DNA of 64,000 nt. It comes from a virus. The DNA lies in IMG/VR virus record IMGVR_UViG_3300044729_001198, positions 1 through 64,000 of that record, one strand, 5' to 3'. The translations under genes and the position numbers were made by a program. Below are positions 38,521 through 49,449 of this stretch, piece after piece. Numbering within the stretch: the stretch's first letter is position 1; every line of letters begins with the position of its first letter. The notes under the pieces were generated by a model. It was not told where the DNA came from. It searched no databases and saw only the letters and a list, made by a program, of their open reading frames with translations.

Positions 38521-39461
38521 ACACGAAATAATTTGTACTCCATGAGTTTCTGAAGATTCATAGGAGTTGTATTATAAATTTCTTTGTTAATCTTTTCATA
38601 TCCCATTTCGTTTGGGTCATCGTTACCCAAGTCCACAAGATAGGTTTCTATACCATAGTTCATAAATTTCTCTGCAAATCTAATTGCGTTCTTTAACGCA
38701 TCAGAGTCAAGACATATATAAACTTTACTTACTTTTTTATCTATGATTTTTTTCTCAAGATTAGATGGAATTGTTTTACCAAATAATGGTACTGCGTTTC
38801 TACGAATTGCGATAGCATCAAAAGCCCCCTCACAAAGTACCAATGGAATATCCCAATTGACAAAAATATCAAAACCAATGATGTCTTTTGAAACCTTTGG
38901 ATTCTTATGTTTAAATTTCGTAGGGTAGAATGACCTACCAACAAAGAAATTAAGTTTACCACTCTCATCGTAAGATGGGATAATAATTTTTTCATCATAT
39001 TCACCAGATTCACAATATCCTATATTATATTTTACAATTTGCTCAGGAGTTATACCACGACTCATTACATAATTTAAAGCGTGTTTCCACTTAATAGAAT
39101 CTGACTTTTGATATAGTGGTTTAAACTCTTTTGGTAACTCAACCAACTCAACACTTGTCGAGTTATTTAGGGAATTACTTGTAGGGTCGTATCTATTTAC
39201 CTTACTGAATATAGCATTGTATTCATCCCACGTTTGTTTTGATACGTTGAGTTTTTTGAATAGGGATTTGATAGTCTTACCCTTTTCATCAGAAATCCAA
39301 CAATGCCATGGGTTCTCACCACGAGGGGTAATCCGAATGTTGATTTCTAACTTTGGTTTGTAGTGGTCAACAAACGGAGAGTAGAACGCATAATTGTCAC
39401 CCGAAGTTTTCTTCGATTTACCTAATACAAGTTCTAATAGAGCAAGTAGTCTATCTTCCAT
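38517..39461 (-). CDS. DNA primase (DnaG/gp61-like)
   Basis: N-terminal Zn-finger-like region (WHCW), FFVGRSF, TOPRIM LCEGAFDA, CLDSDA. Confidence 0.88.
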   Translation of the reverse strand: MEDRLLALLELVLGKSKKTSGDNYAFYSPFVDHYKPKLEINIRITPRGENPWHCWISDEKGKTIKSLFKKLNVSKQTWDEYNAIFSKVNRYDPTSNSLNNSTSVELVELPKEFKPLYQKSDSIKWKHALNYVMSRGITPEQIVKYNIGYCESGEYDEKIIIPSYDESGKLNFFVGRSFYPTKFKHKNPKVSKDIIGFDIFVNWDIPLVLCEGAFDAIAIRRNAVPLFGKTIPSNLEKKIIDKKVSKVYICLDSDALKNAIRFAEKFMNYGIETYLVDLGNDDPNEMGYEKINKEIYNTTPMNLQKLMEYKLFRV

Positions 39462-39466
39462 TAGGT

Positions 39467-39497
39467 CAAATATACGAAATTATTTTGAATAATCAAA
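39467..39497 (-). promoter_or_regulatory. Bacteroidetes-type sigma-A promoter
   Basis: TTTG-N19-TATATTTG immediately upstream of the primase ATG. Confidence 0.8.
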
Positions 39498-39912
39498 AAA
39501 AACTTTGTGTTGGTGTTTCGTCCAACCATTCTTGTGGTATTTCTTTCTTTGCCCACTTGAATCCGTACTTATCACACCATTCAGCATATGTCGTTTTTGA
39601 CCCTTTGTAAATTTTACCATTAGGCGATTGTAAGACAAATCGAATATCAAGTTCAGGATGTTGTTCTTTAATCAATAAGTGTTTTTTTCGGTCTTCAGGT
39701 AAGAACCAACCTTTTGATTCTATAAAGATACCATTTGGTAATCTGAAATCCGGCTTGTAAGTGTGATGTGATGCTGGGATGGTGTAGTTTATTTCATGCT
39801 TTTCATACTCACCATCAACACCTTGAATTCGTAACTGTTCGTTTATCTTATCTTCAAGACCCGACTTATGTCCTTTGGTCTTTTGGATATGACTCCAATT
39901 TCCTTTTGCCAT
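39493..39912 (-). CDS. T7 endonuclease I-like Holliday junction resolvase
   Basis: SGLEDKINEQL, YKPDFRLPNGIFIESKG, EDRKKHLLIKEQHPELDIRFV. Confidence 0.9.
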   Translation of the reverse strand: MAKGNWSHIQKTKGHKSGLEDKINEQLRIQGVDGEYEKHEINYTIPASHHTYKPDFRLPNGIFIESKGWFLPEDRKKHLLIKEQHPELDIRFVLQSPNGKIYKGSKTTYAEWCDKYGFKWAKKEIPQEWLDETPTQSFF

Positions 39913-39921
39913 AACTTATTT

Positions 39922-40554
39922 TTATCCCGCGTTAAATGTCCTTTGAATAAAATATATAACTCCGGCTATACTAACATTACCGCCGGTACATTGTACTTTC
40001 CATTGGTTACCATTTGTTACAAAATCAACATCACCATAAAAATGAAACACTTCGTAAAAGTTTTCCCATGTATCATTACCTTTTCCAAAAACCAATGTTT
40101 TAGAAACTCTATCATATGGAGTAGCTCCTGTGGATGATAATGATACATCCATATGTGTTTGATTTGCATTTGAACTTTTGGCTTTAAATGTGACAACCAC
40201 CGTATGGACATCGCCTTCATTTTCAATTTGAATTTTTTTAGAAGAACCATCATAAAAATTAATGGATGAATTCATATATGAATTTATTGTATTAGCTGCA
40301 TTATTTGGTAAAACTACAGCAGTAGCTCCATCCGTAACTACATATGCTGATGATGTTGTATATTGACCATCATCATATCTAGCCCACCCAAGACCAGTAC
40401 CACCTAAACCACTTGGTAAAGAACCTGTTATATTATTAACTAAATCTTGGAAGTCTACTTTTTTAGTTTCACCGGCACTAACGTCTACTACGGCAAAAAC
40501 ATCATTTGATGCAATTTCATTAAGTTCAGTAAATTGTGTTATTCTTTTATCCAT
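39922..40554 (-). CDS. Putative virion structural protein
   Basis: N-terminal KRITQFTEL..FAVVD..ETKK fibre-type module. Confidence 0.55.
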   Translation of the reverse strand: MDKRITQFTELNEIASNDVFAVVDVSAGETKKVDFQDLVNNITGSLPSGLGGTGLGWARYDDGQYTTSSAYVVTDGATAVVLPNNAANTINSYMNSSINFYDGSSKKIQIENEGDVHTVVVTFKAKSSNANQTHMDVSLSSTGATPYDRVSKTLVFGKGNDTWENFYEVFHFYGDVDFVTNGNQWKVQCTGGNVSIAGVIYFIQRTFNAG

Positions 40555-40558
40555 TTTC

Positions 40559-40765
40559 TTACCAAATTATTCGTGAACCATCTTGTTGTAATATATATGA
40601 ACCATCTTCTTGTAGAATATATCGACCCCCAGGTCGTCTATGTGATTGTTGCCTCAATATAAATTCTTGTTGTTCTTTTAGTAATAAAAAATTATAAGAC
40701 CTTACAATCTCATTTAATGGTAACTTATCTTTGTGTTGTTGATAATAATGTGACCATTGTATCAT
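40559..40765 (-). CDS. Small hypothetical protein
   Basis: 68 aa; C-terminal ILQEDG repeat; collinear with neighbours. Confidence 0.55.
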   Translation of the reverse strand: MIQWSHYYQQHKDKLPLNEIVRSYNFLLLKEQQEFILRQQSHRRPGGRYILQEDGSYILQQDGSRIIW

Positions 40766-40767
40766 GA

Positions 40768-42195
40768 TTAATCCAAATCAAATTTTACATTTATAGTGAC
40801 ATCAACGTCTTGTCTTTTTTTCAAAGGTGAGCCTAATTTAGCAACAGCTAACAAGTCACCAAAGTCATTATACAAACCAACTTGAGTAATATATGGTCTG
40901 AAGTCTGAACCAGTTACCATTGATTTTAGTCTTGGTTCGTTTTCATCATAAGTTACTTTTAAAGATGGGTTGGACGATACATTATATTCATCACGATTAA
41001 TTTCACAAAGAATCGATACCTCTTCAATTTGTTTGGTAGCTTTATAATTTAACTCAAAGCCTTTGTTTGTGTAATCAAAATCACCATTACCCAAAAACAT
41101 ATTTTGATATCGAGGTCGAGGGTCGGTAACTACAACCATACCATGTTTATAAAAAACATATCCAACTTCTTTTCGTTGCAGAGCAGAGCCGCTGGTTGAA
41201 TTATTTGATAATGATGATATAACACTCGATGATAACTCATTCCTATGTAGTCTAAATTGTGCAATTGAACCCGAAAACCCTAAACCGCCAGGAGATATGG
41301 TATCACTACCAATTACAATATCATTATCATTACTAACTAATTCAGCAAATGAGTATGACCCACTAACGTCCTTAACCCCATCTATATACAATGCTAATTC
41401 ATTTCCCACTTTATTTAAAGCGTAGTGGTGAAATGTCCCATCATTAACAGCAGTAGATGAAGATATATTTAGAGTTGAAATACCATCTGATGCTCTGACA
41501 AAAACGTGACCGGGAGATGCTGGGTGTAGTTCGGTATAAACTGAAAAGTCAAATGGGTAGTTTGGTAAATTATTTGTTTGAGTTCTCTCTATCCCATTTG
41601 CATCAAAGTATGTTTGTACATTTCTTTTTTGTATGATGGTTTGAGTTCCAACACCAGCCAATGATTGTGATGGTGGGATGTTAGCCCAAAATGAAACAGC
41701 CCAGTTATCTACCTTGTTAAGTATATTAAAGTTTTGTTTGTGTTTGATTTGGATATTATTATATTGATTAAAATTATAAAAATTACCAACACCTAAACTT
41801 GGGTTTGAAACCACACCACCAACGGAAATGGGAGTGCTTTCAGATGGAGTCGGCTCCGATTGTAAGGTAGCAGCTCCATTAATTGTCAAGGCATATATAT
41901 TATTTGGATTTAACTTTACAGTTTGAATTATTATCAAACCACTTTGTATGTAAGCTCCAATAACACCAGACCCATTTGTATACGGTACGCCATCAAGTAC
42001 AAAAGAAATATCACCAACAGAAGTAAATTCATAACCACTATCAGGATGAAGATATGCTACGTTATATAGATATGCTCCGGCTTGTGTTCCGGTTACTACT
42101 CGTGTCGTGATAGCCGACCCATATGGATTTGTATCGGCTCTTAAAGTAGAGTTAGTTACGTTGTTTGTATAATTGGTTCTTAATGAATATGACAT
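40768..42195 (-). CDS. Tail/baseplate protein with LamG-like domain and tail-collar-like C-terminus
   Basis: WAVSFW, NDGTFHHYAL, LYIDG (LamG-like); PYITQVGLYNDFGDLLAVAKL. Confidence 0.7.
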   Translation of the reverse strand: MSYSLRTNYTNNVTNSTLRADTNPYGSAITTRVVTGTQAGAYLYNVAYLHPDSGYEFTSVGDISFVLDGVPYTNGSGVIGAYIQSGLIIIQTVKLNPNNIYALTINGAATLQSEPTPSESTPISVGGVVSNPSLGVGNFYNFNQYNNIQIKHKQNFNILNKVDNWAVSFWANIPPSQSLAGVGTQTIIQKRNVQTYFDANGIERTQTNNLPNYPFDFSVYTELHPASPGHVFVRASDGISTLNISSSTAVNDGTFHHYALNKVGNELALYIDGVKDVSGSYSFAELVSNDNDIVIGSDTISPGGLGFSGSIAQFRLHRNELSSSVISSLSNNSTSGSALQRKEVGYVFYKHGMVVVTDPRPRYQNMFLGNGDFDYTNKGFELNYKATKQIEEVSILCEINRDEYNVSSNPSLKVTYDENEPRLKSMVTGSDFRPYITQVGLYNDFGDLLAVAKLGSPLKKRQDVDVTINVKFDLD

Positions 42196-42770
42196 TAGAC
42201 AATCCTATTTTCACTTGAATAGTTAGACATATCATTTAAATTATCATTAAAATCTAAATAAACCAATACGTCACGAGTATTTACATAAGTCGAACTTGTC
42301 AATTCATTTGCTATTAATATACCATACTCATCGGTGACTTTTAGGTCAGACAATGAAATAGAAGATGATGGATAATTGCTATTATCTATAATAGTGACCG
42401 AACCCGGTTTTATGCCTTCTCCAAATTTATTTTGAGGTATGGATACAATTGATGCGGTATCGTATAATGTGATATCACGTCTTCTTTTAAAAAATGTAGA
42501 ATTAAGAGAATACCAATTAATTTGTTGCGGTATGTGATTTAACTCATCACTTGATGCACCCGAACCACTAATGATTCGTGGGTCAGGTACATTTACACCA
42601 TTGACTGAACTTGATACTTCTAACAAAACTCCATTGTCTGAAATAGCTCTCAATATTGATATTTCAAATGACGATGAATAGTTAACATCAGTCACCTCAT
42701 ATCTTTTATGAGCTTCAAAGGGTCTCTGTTGGATACCCTCTCGAAATATTTTCTTGAAAACTACTCCCAT
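42195..42770 (-). CDS. Tail/baseplate protein, possibly the N-terminal half of a split gene
   Basis: SIPQNKFGEGIKPGS; ends in LVYLDFNDNLNDMS; TAATG junction with the next gene. Confidence 0.6.
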   Translation of the reverse strand: MGVVFKKIFREGIQQRPFEAHKRYEVTDVNYSSSFEISILRAISDNGVLLEVSSSVNGVNVPDPRIISGSGASSDELNHIPQQINWYSLNSTFFKRRRDITLYDTASIVSIPQNKFGEGIKPGSVTIIDNSNYPSSSISLSDLKVTDEYGILIANELTSSTYVNTRDVLVYLDFNDNLNDMSNYSSENRIV

Positions 42771-42782
42771 GTGGGTTCATCT

Positions 42783-43985
42783 TTAAAAGTCTAATTTAAC
42801 CTTAACCAAGATTTCGTTTGAGAACGATTTCAAGATTGGTTTAGATAGTTTAGCAACTGCTAATAATTGATTATCATTATTGTAAAGTCCAACTTGAGTG
42901 ATGTACACTTTAGGGTCGCCGACAAACGTTTGTTGCCTTAATTGACCATTTGAACCAGTAATAAATGATGGGTTATTAGAAAAGTTATATTCAGCATTCT
43001 TTGCTCTTACAAAAAAGAAAGTCGATTTAACCTCTTCTTCGTTTCTGGCTTGAAATCCGTATGTAGCGTCAACAATAGCAGCACCACTAATGGCTGTAAA
43101 TAGTTTTTTGTGATTGTGTCTATCTTCACCGCCCGTAAGAGTTGGGACTACAGAACTTGCACTACGTTCAGTATTTAAAGAACAACTAGCATCTAATGTA
43201 GCAGCACTTAATACAAGAATTCCTTGTTGTGGATATACCGCTCCATAAACACCGGTACTATATACACCATTCAATAATGAGCCACTAACAATATTGTAAC
43301 TTGTAGCGGTAGAAACGCCTGTTTGATTTACATCACCACTGTCATCAATTAGAGACATCACTCTACCATTAGAACCCGACAATCTTAATTCCCAGTTACC
43401 TGGATCAAGTTTATCTTTTAAACGAGCTCTATTAATTGCTACAACATATATGTCATTTTGAGTTACACCGCCAAATGTAAAAGTTCTTTGGTTTGATGGT
43501 AATAATATTTGTTGAAATTGTGAATAGATTGCTTTAGATGGTGAATCTTCATTCTGACCATATGAACCACTACCTAATCTATGACCATATGTAATCGCAA
43601 ATTGCGGTTCTGATGTAGATGCTGATGGTATACCATTATAGATTTCATAATAGTATTGTTTTTGAGTTGATGATTGGTAAGACGATGTAAAGAACGATGT
43701 CAATTCGGCAACGTTACCACTCCATAAACCACGAGTCACTCGTTGTGTACCACCTTCAACTACGTCTTCAGTAGTGAATGCGTTATAAACTTTACCACTT
43801 CCATAATCATAAGCACCTGCTGGTACAGTTGGAGTTGCGTCTTGTTTGATATCATTTGCTAATATACTGGCTGCTGATGCTGGTTGTGCTGTTCCGGCTG
43901 AAGTTCCACCCGAAAGCGCTCCACCAAACATAGTACCAACTGTACCTGCACCACCTTGACCTTGACCTAAACTTACTACTGGCAT
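42783..43985 (-). CDS. Tail/baseplate protein, paralog of the 40768..42195 C-terminus
   Basis: EYNFSNNPS, VYITQVGLYNNDNQLLAVAKLSKP; SD AAGGA. Confidence 0.7.
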   Translation of the reverse strand: MPVVSLGQGQGGAGTVGTMFGGALSGGTSAGTAQPASAASILANDIKQDATPTVPAGAYDYGSGKVYNAFTTEDVVEGGTQRVTRGLWSGNVAELTSFFTSSYQSSTQKQYYYEIYNGIPSASTSEPQFAITYGHRLGSGSYGQNEDSPSKAIYSQFQQILLPSNQRTFTFGGVTQNDIYVVAINRARLKDKLDPGNWELRLSGSNGRVMSLIDDSGDVNQTGVSTATSYNIVSGSLLNGVYSTGVYGAVYPQQGILVLSAATLDASCSLNTERSASSVVPTLTGGEDRHNHKKLFTAISGAAIVDATYGFQARNEEEVKSTFFFVRAKNAEYNFSNNPSFITGSNGQLRQQTFVGDPKVYITQVGLYNNDNQLLAVAKLSKPILKSFSNEILVKVKLDF

Positions 43986-44001
43986 TTTATTCCTTCCTTA
44001 A

Positions 44002-44673
44002 TTATGAGAATGTTGCTGATGTTCTTGTTGCTGTGATTACATCGTTAATAGGATTAACAGTCAAATCAATTTCAACTCTACCACCGGTCTCATTACCAAT
44101 AACAATAATACGGGTACTGATTGCGGTTCTTGTAGGGAGAACTTTAGTGGTTATTTTAATTTGGTTTTTACCAACAACACTTTGAGTCAAGTTTCTTGAG
44201 TAAGATGAAACGTTGATAATCGGATTAACACCACCAGGAACTCCAGGGTTACCAGAGATACTTGCAGCATCCGAGTTTAAAAGAATTGCAGTGTATCCAA
44301 GATTCTCGTTACCACCATTTTTAGTTGTTAAATCAATCGTAGCAGTTCTGCCGGATTCATCTAAACTTAATGTGGTAACTGATGCTTGAATATATGGTAA
44401 TTTTAATGTTGTTTTTGGTAATGTCAACAACTTGTATTTCATTGAATAGCTTTCATCAGTAAGCGCTTCAACTACAGGCATATTCTCTATAATAATACCA
44501 TAGTAATCCGTACCCAGCGGGTGTGCTGGATTCCATAATTCATAATCCACCTCATCATCTGCTAATGCAAATTGAGTAATTTGAAATTTGTCACGACCTT
44601 GTGCAAGTAACTCTCTACCCTTTTTTGTGAGGATAGCGTCTACAGTTACTGATGAGTTATCTAAAAATCCCAT
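44002..44673 (-). CDS. Tail-collar-fibre-like baseplate protein
   Basis: LTKKGRELLAQG..FQITQFALADDE; late motif at 44697; SD TAGGA. Confidence 0.65.
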   Translation of the reverse strand: MGFLDNSSVTVDAILTKKGRELLAQGRDKFQITQFALADDEVDYELWNPAHPLGTDYYGIIIENMPVVEALTDESYSMKYKLLTLPKTTLKLPYIQASVTTLSLDESGRTATIDLTTKNGGNENLGYTAILLNSDAASISGNPGVPGGVNPIINVSSYSRNLTQSVVGKNQIKITTKVLPTRTAISTRIIVIGNETGGRVEIDLTVNPINDVITATRTSATFS

Positions 44674-44722
44674 GTTGTTTTCCTAATTTATATAATATAA
44701 ATATTGTTTTTTCTTTTTTATG

Positions 44723-47700
44723 TTACAATCTGCTTATGTTACTTTTGATATTCGTTATAGGGCTTGGTGCAAATACACTCGCTTGTGACTTAATTATACC
44801 TGCACTAGCAGAACCACTACCCTTATAATTAGTTGCTACCAAGTTTTTCGGATTCATCGCTTTAACAACTTTACCAGTAGGACTCTTAACATCAAGAACC
44901 CCACCACCGGCAGTTGTTGTTGAGAATACCAACTTGTTTGGTTTAACTTTAGTTACAACAATAACAGGACCACCATCCGGCGTATCTGGTGAATTTGTTG
45001 TTAGTGAATCAGAACTCACTCGACATCCGTTGAATTTTAAATTTTCAAGAGCCAATCCTTGATAATCAGAACCTTGTGCTGGTTTGTATGATGCTGAGGA
45101 TGGTAATCCTAAACTTGCTGAAAGAGCTGTACTATAGAATAGGTTTACAATTTGACCACCATTTTGAGATGGCCGAGCGTTCAACACACTACTGCCAGTC
45201 GGAATATACTCCCAATATCCATTTGTTGTTGTAAAGTATTCACCTGAAGAACTTAATTGAGATATGTAATACTTGTATGTGGATGCTTCATAATTATACA
45301 AATCAATTACACCATCAACCGACCCACTACCAAAACCATAATCTTGTCGTGAAGCGGTTATCATCGGAATAACTCTACCAATATTAGCAGAGTAGTCATG
45401 TCGTGTATAAGATACTTTACGGGGTCTACGATACTTACTACGTTCGAGGACGTGTGGTTCTATCAAGATACCTTTACGCCAATCAACCCGAGCAGGTAGT
45501 AGTTGTCGTATTTGTTCGAATACAGACATATCGTAACGAGCCAACATATCCATAATTAAATCAATAGCAGTTCCCGTTGTGTACTTTTGAAAGTAATTTT
45601 TGGCTTTGTATTTTAATAACGGATAGTCATCGTTGTATCTTTCGTCAGGATCACCAACGTAATCATCGGCTTCAAAATATCCTTCAGAATTAAATATGTC
45701 GTGGTTGATTGTATCTACAGTTGAAAAATAAGTTCCAATCAAGTTTGAATCTAATGCCGCAAAATCATATTCACTTTGTTCAACGCTATAATCAGGATTT
45801 AATACACCTTTTAATGAAGAGGATTCTATTCTGATTTTATTATTCATTAAGTTTAAAGCACCAACCGATGGTATTGACATCCATTGAGTATCAACCTCAC
45901 CAACAAGATTCGATGCTGATACACTTACAAACGAAGCACTTAAAATCTGACCTTGGTCGGTTTGTGTTACTTTTTGGTTTGGGTGAATAGATGAAATTGA
46001 AGCTGACTTAAATGTACTGTCCGGATAAATTCTATATAACAATTTATCATATGCGGTTAACATATTTAAGTCCGTTGTATTGTCATCAGCAAAATAGGCC
46101 TCTCTATTTTTTGCGTGTTCGGTTACAATCTCATTACTTAATACAGTGTTGTAATATCTAACTTCTTGAATACTTGCTGTATAATTGTTGGATGGGAATG
46201 TATATGGGCCTGGAACTTGTAATGTGGCGGAACTAACCGACCATATTGAGTTTAAAGTTGAAGCTGATGCTGGAGTAGACGTAGATGCTGTTGGATTTGC
46301 TAATATAAATCCAAAGTCATCAACCATAGCAGCATTTATAGAAAGACTTGAGGATGCTATTGTAAACACAACATCACGTCTCGTTTTATAAGGTACATAA
46401 CTCGAACTAACAATATCCGTACCATTTACACCGGCTCTGATTCGTGCTGATTTTGTATTTGGATTATAATCCCAAAAATAATCAAGGTAATCAGACCCGC
46501 TTGTCAACCTCATCAGATGGTAACTACCTACCGGCATTTTACCAATAATTTCAATTGTAGATGGTCTATATGAATTTATATCACCCCATGGGTGTGTTGA
46601 ATATTGGTCTTTGGCAAGTTCTAACTTGTATAAGAATACGTCATGCTCGTAAACATTTTTCTTTTCATTTACAGCAGGACCACCCCATTCTCTAATTTGT
46701 AAAAATGATTGTGGTATTCCATATGCTGATAGAATTGATTTGATGGAACGTGCTGTACCCTTTGTCTTATATAGCAATGGTATATTATTTACAATACGTC
46801 TCCACGTTTCATGTGTTATTTGCTCTCTAGCTTTTGATTGTAGAGAACTGCTTTGATATAGAGTACCATTATTCTCAACACCCAATGCATATTTCCACAA
46901 ACTTACATCAGAGTACCCATTGGATAATTGCCATCCAACCGATTGTGCTACTGATTTTAAAATCTCATCAGCCATACCATCTCGTGGGTGTTCTTCACGT
47001 TTATTGATATCCGTAAGTGCTTTTATATATGTCCAATATACATCAAAATGTTGACCAATCATGTCGACAAATGTAATGTAGTCAGAATTTTTATCATCTT
47101 CTTGTAGATGTATCGGAATGAAATTTCGTAAACGAGAGTCATTCAATTCATCATATAAAGAAGCCGATGCGTATACACCACTATACCACGTTTCTGCTTG
47201 AGAACTTGTGATGTGTCTTAAAATATGAGGATATGTTGCTACTTTTGGATATGGTTCGATTTGATAAGCAGATGATGACCAAAACGTATAATTGTTTTTA
47301 TTTACATCGTAATACATCCATTGTTCAAAATCATCAAACCCACCAACAATTCTATCTCTACGAACAAGCGATTGTGATATGTTTGTGATTGCTTCAGAAC
47401 CACTAACGCTACCCAATACATTTATACGATTATTATAGTTTTCTATTTGCTGTAGTTTGTATATAAAATTATCAACCCTCTCGGTTGCGGATGAAAAGTG
47501 TACAAAGTTAGCGAAATCGGAGTAGTCAATATTTAATTTGGTTTGACCAAGTGAACCACTAAAATAGTGATTTATTATTTGTTGAGACGTTGTAAGGTCA
47601 GCGTCTAACAAACTATCCCATGTTTGCCAGTCGGTTGAGTTTCCTGAATTTAAGGTTACATCTATAGCAAAATTTGGCTCTGAAAAATCATCTCTATCTG

Positions 47701-49009
47701 GCTTTACTGATGCTTCTGGAAATACTATAATCTTTTCTACATATGATTTCAATAAACGACCACACACAGCAACACTTGTTCTATTCTGAACTTCGTTACC
47801 AATTGGTTTTGTTAATTTAACAACAACCGAGGTCCATTGAGTTGGCGTTGTGTCGAATCGTGAATATGTTAATGAATCAAACCCAGCAGTTGTATTTATA
47901 ACCTTTATAGTGGTGTCAGGAACTTGAACTGCGTTTGGTAAAAAGAAATACCAAGCAACACCAAGTTCGGATGTAGGTACGGCGGCTCCACTTTTAGTTC
48001 CCCAAAAGTATGCAAGAGTAGAATCGTTTATTGTGGAATTTCTAACAGCATTTGCCGTTGCGTTACCAGCACTACCTGGAATTGCATCTAAAGCGGCTAT
48101 AATATCATCTTTTGATACTTCACGTTGTACAAACCCATAACCATTGTTTACACCAGTTTCTTGTAATTTAAAATAAGCAAATCTACCAGTCGGTTTACCA
48201 TCTTTATCAGCACCATTGGTAGTGCCACCAATAACAATAGTTGGGGTGTAAACTTCCATGAACAAGTCCCACTCGCCACTTGAAAAACTTGTTTTCAAAA
48301 AACGTGTACTGATATTGTCAAATGTCCCCCTTGGACATTGTAGTTCACTATCAACAACACCTTTTGATGGTCCAAAGAATTCCATCGATACGATGTCGTA
48401 TAAATTATTATCACCAAAGTTTAATACAAAATCTCTGAATACATTACCACCTTTGTTAAAAGAATTAGTAGCACTTGGTTCAAGATATATATCTCTTAAC
48501 AATGAAAAATTCTTTTCAGCAGGAGCAAGTTCATCTTTAATATCAATTGTTGTTTCACCAACAACTATAGAACCAGCACTTGCTTTTGCGGAAGATGGTG
48601 CTTTAAATGATAATTTAACTTCAGTTCTATCAGATGAAATAGCACTTACAATTACATCAGAGTTTTTAGGCGTACCATTAAATCTTTGCAAGAAGTTATA
48701 CACCATGGAATATGTACCTTGGTTAATTCCAGCGTCGCGTATATCCTTTTCAGGTTGAATATACAACTTTGACCCAATGTAATCAATTGGATTGCTATAA
48801 TACGATTTGATTAGGTTTTCACCAGCGTATATATGAACTTCAGATACGACATCCACATCACCTTCATCGTAATTACCTTTGAGGTCGTTTTCGGTAAGTT
48901 GAAGAATGTATTCTTTTAATGCTTCACGACTCTCCATAGGAATAGTCTCTCCGAATACAGGAACGTACCCAAGCACTTCATCGATATTTGTAAATCTATT
49001 TAACGACAT
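44723..49009 (-). CDS. Large baseplate/structural protein
   Basis: 1428 aa in the baseplate cluster; LYKTKGTARSIKSILSAYGIP. Confidence 0.65.
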   Translation of the reverse strand: MSLNRFTNIDEVLGYVPVFGETIPMESREALKEYILQLTENDLKGNYDEGDVDVVSEVHIYAGENLIKSYYSNPIDYIGSKLYIQPEKDIRDAGINQGTYSMVYNFLQRFNGTPKNSDVIVSAISSDRTEVKLSFKAPSSAKASAGSIVVGETTIDIKDELAPAEKNFSLLRDIYLEPSATNSFNKGGNVFRDFVLNFGDNNLYDIVSMEFFGPSKGVVDSELQCPRGTFDNISTRFLKTSFSSGEWDLFMEVYTPTIVIGGTTNGADKDGKPTGRFAYFKLQETGVNNGYGFVQREVSKDDIIAALDAIPGSAGNATANAVRNSTINDSTLAYFWGTKSGAAVPTSELGVAWYFFLPNAVQVPDTTIKVINTTAGFDSLTYSRFDTTPTQWTSVVVKLTKPIGNEVQNRTSVAVCGRLLKSYVEKIIVFPEASVKPDRDDFSEPNFAIDVTLNSGNSTDWQTWDSLLDADLTTSQQIINHYFSGSLGQTKLNIDYSDFANFVHFSSATERVDNFIYKLQQIENYNNRINVLGSVSGSEAITNISQSLVRRDRIVGGFDDFEQWMYYDVNKNNYTFWSSSAYQIEPYPKVATYPHILRHITSSQAETWYSGVYASASLYDELNDSRLRNFIPIHLQEDDKNSDYITFVDMIGQHFDVYWTYIKALTDINKREEHPRDGMADEILKSVAQSVGWQLSNGYSDVSLWKYALGVENNGTLYQSSSLQSKAREQITHETWRRIVNNIPLLYKTKGTARSIKSILSAYGIPQSFLQIREWGGPAVNEKKNVYEHDVFLYKLELAKDQYSTHPWGDINSYRPSTIEIIGKMPVGSYHLMRLTSGSDYLDYFWDYNPNTKSARIRAGVNGTDIVSSSYVPYKTRRDVVFTIASSSLSINAAMVDDFGFILANPTASTSTPASASTLNSIWSVSSATLQVPGPYTFPSNNYTASIQEVRYYNTVLSNEIVTEHAKNREAYFADDNTTDLNMLTAYDKLLYRIYPDSTFKSASISSIHPNQKVTQTDQGQILSASFVSVSASNLVGEVDTQWMSIPSVGALNLMNNKIRIESSSLKGVLNPDYSVEQSEYDFAALDSNLIGTYFSTVDTINHDIFNSEGYFEADDYVGDPDERYNDDYPLLKYKAKNYFQKYTTGTAIDLIMDMLARYDMSVFEQIRQLLPARVDWRKGILIEPHVLERSKYRRPRKVSYTRHDYSANIGRVIPMITASRQDYGFGSGSVDGVIDLYNYEASTYKYYISQLSSSGEYFTTTNGYWEYIPTGSSVLNARPSQNGGQIVNLFYSTALSASLGLPSSASYKPAQGSDYQGLALENLKFNGCRVSSDSLTTNSPDTPDGGPVIVVTKVKPNKLVFSTTTAGGGVLDVKSPTGKVVKAMNPKNLVATNYKGSGSASAGIIKSQASVFAPSPITNIKSNISRL

Positions 49010-49014
49010 AATCT

Positions 49015-49449
49015 TTACTGATAATATGGGATGTTTTCAATGAATACCCAAGTTTGTGATGTAGCATTCCAATTATAGACATCATCACTTCCATCTTGAA
49101 GAGGAACTCTATTTTCTTCACCATCGGTCGTACCGGCATACCCAAATGGGTCATACGATGCTGGGGTTGAACTTGTACTCGATGGTGGTCGTGTATCTAT
49201 TTCGGTTTGATATTGTGGATTTGGTTTTATTTTAACAGCGGTTATTTTTGGTTTTATTTCGTTTGATATTTCATCAATAAATTCATTAAAGAATGAATAT
49301 TGTGTATACTTTGCAGTGTCGGTAAAATCACCAGCACCAATACCAAGTTTTCCGTATTGTTGTAATGGAGTTCCATTCTCATCAAATGAAACCGGGTATG
49401 ATATTATCTGACCCCTACCATTCCTTTTAATGTTTCTTTCTACTGCCAT
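49015..49449 (-). CDS. Hypothetical protein
   Basis: 144-aa ORF, coupled to the upstream gene. Confidence 0.6.
   Translation of the reverse strand: MAVERNIKRNGRGQIISYPVSFDENGTPLQQYGKLGIGAGDFTDTAKYTQYSFFNEFIDEISNEIKPKITAVKIKPNPQYQTEIDTRPPSSTSSTPASYDPFGYAGTTDGEENRVPLQDGSDDVYNWNATSQTWVFIENIPYYQ

Noticed and set aside
10254-44703. TATAAATA read as T4-type late promoters firing on the + strand
   Set aside because: No credible + strand genes follow; the positions fit minus-strand starts.
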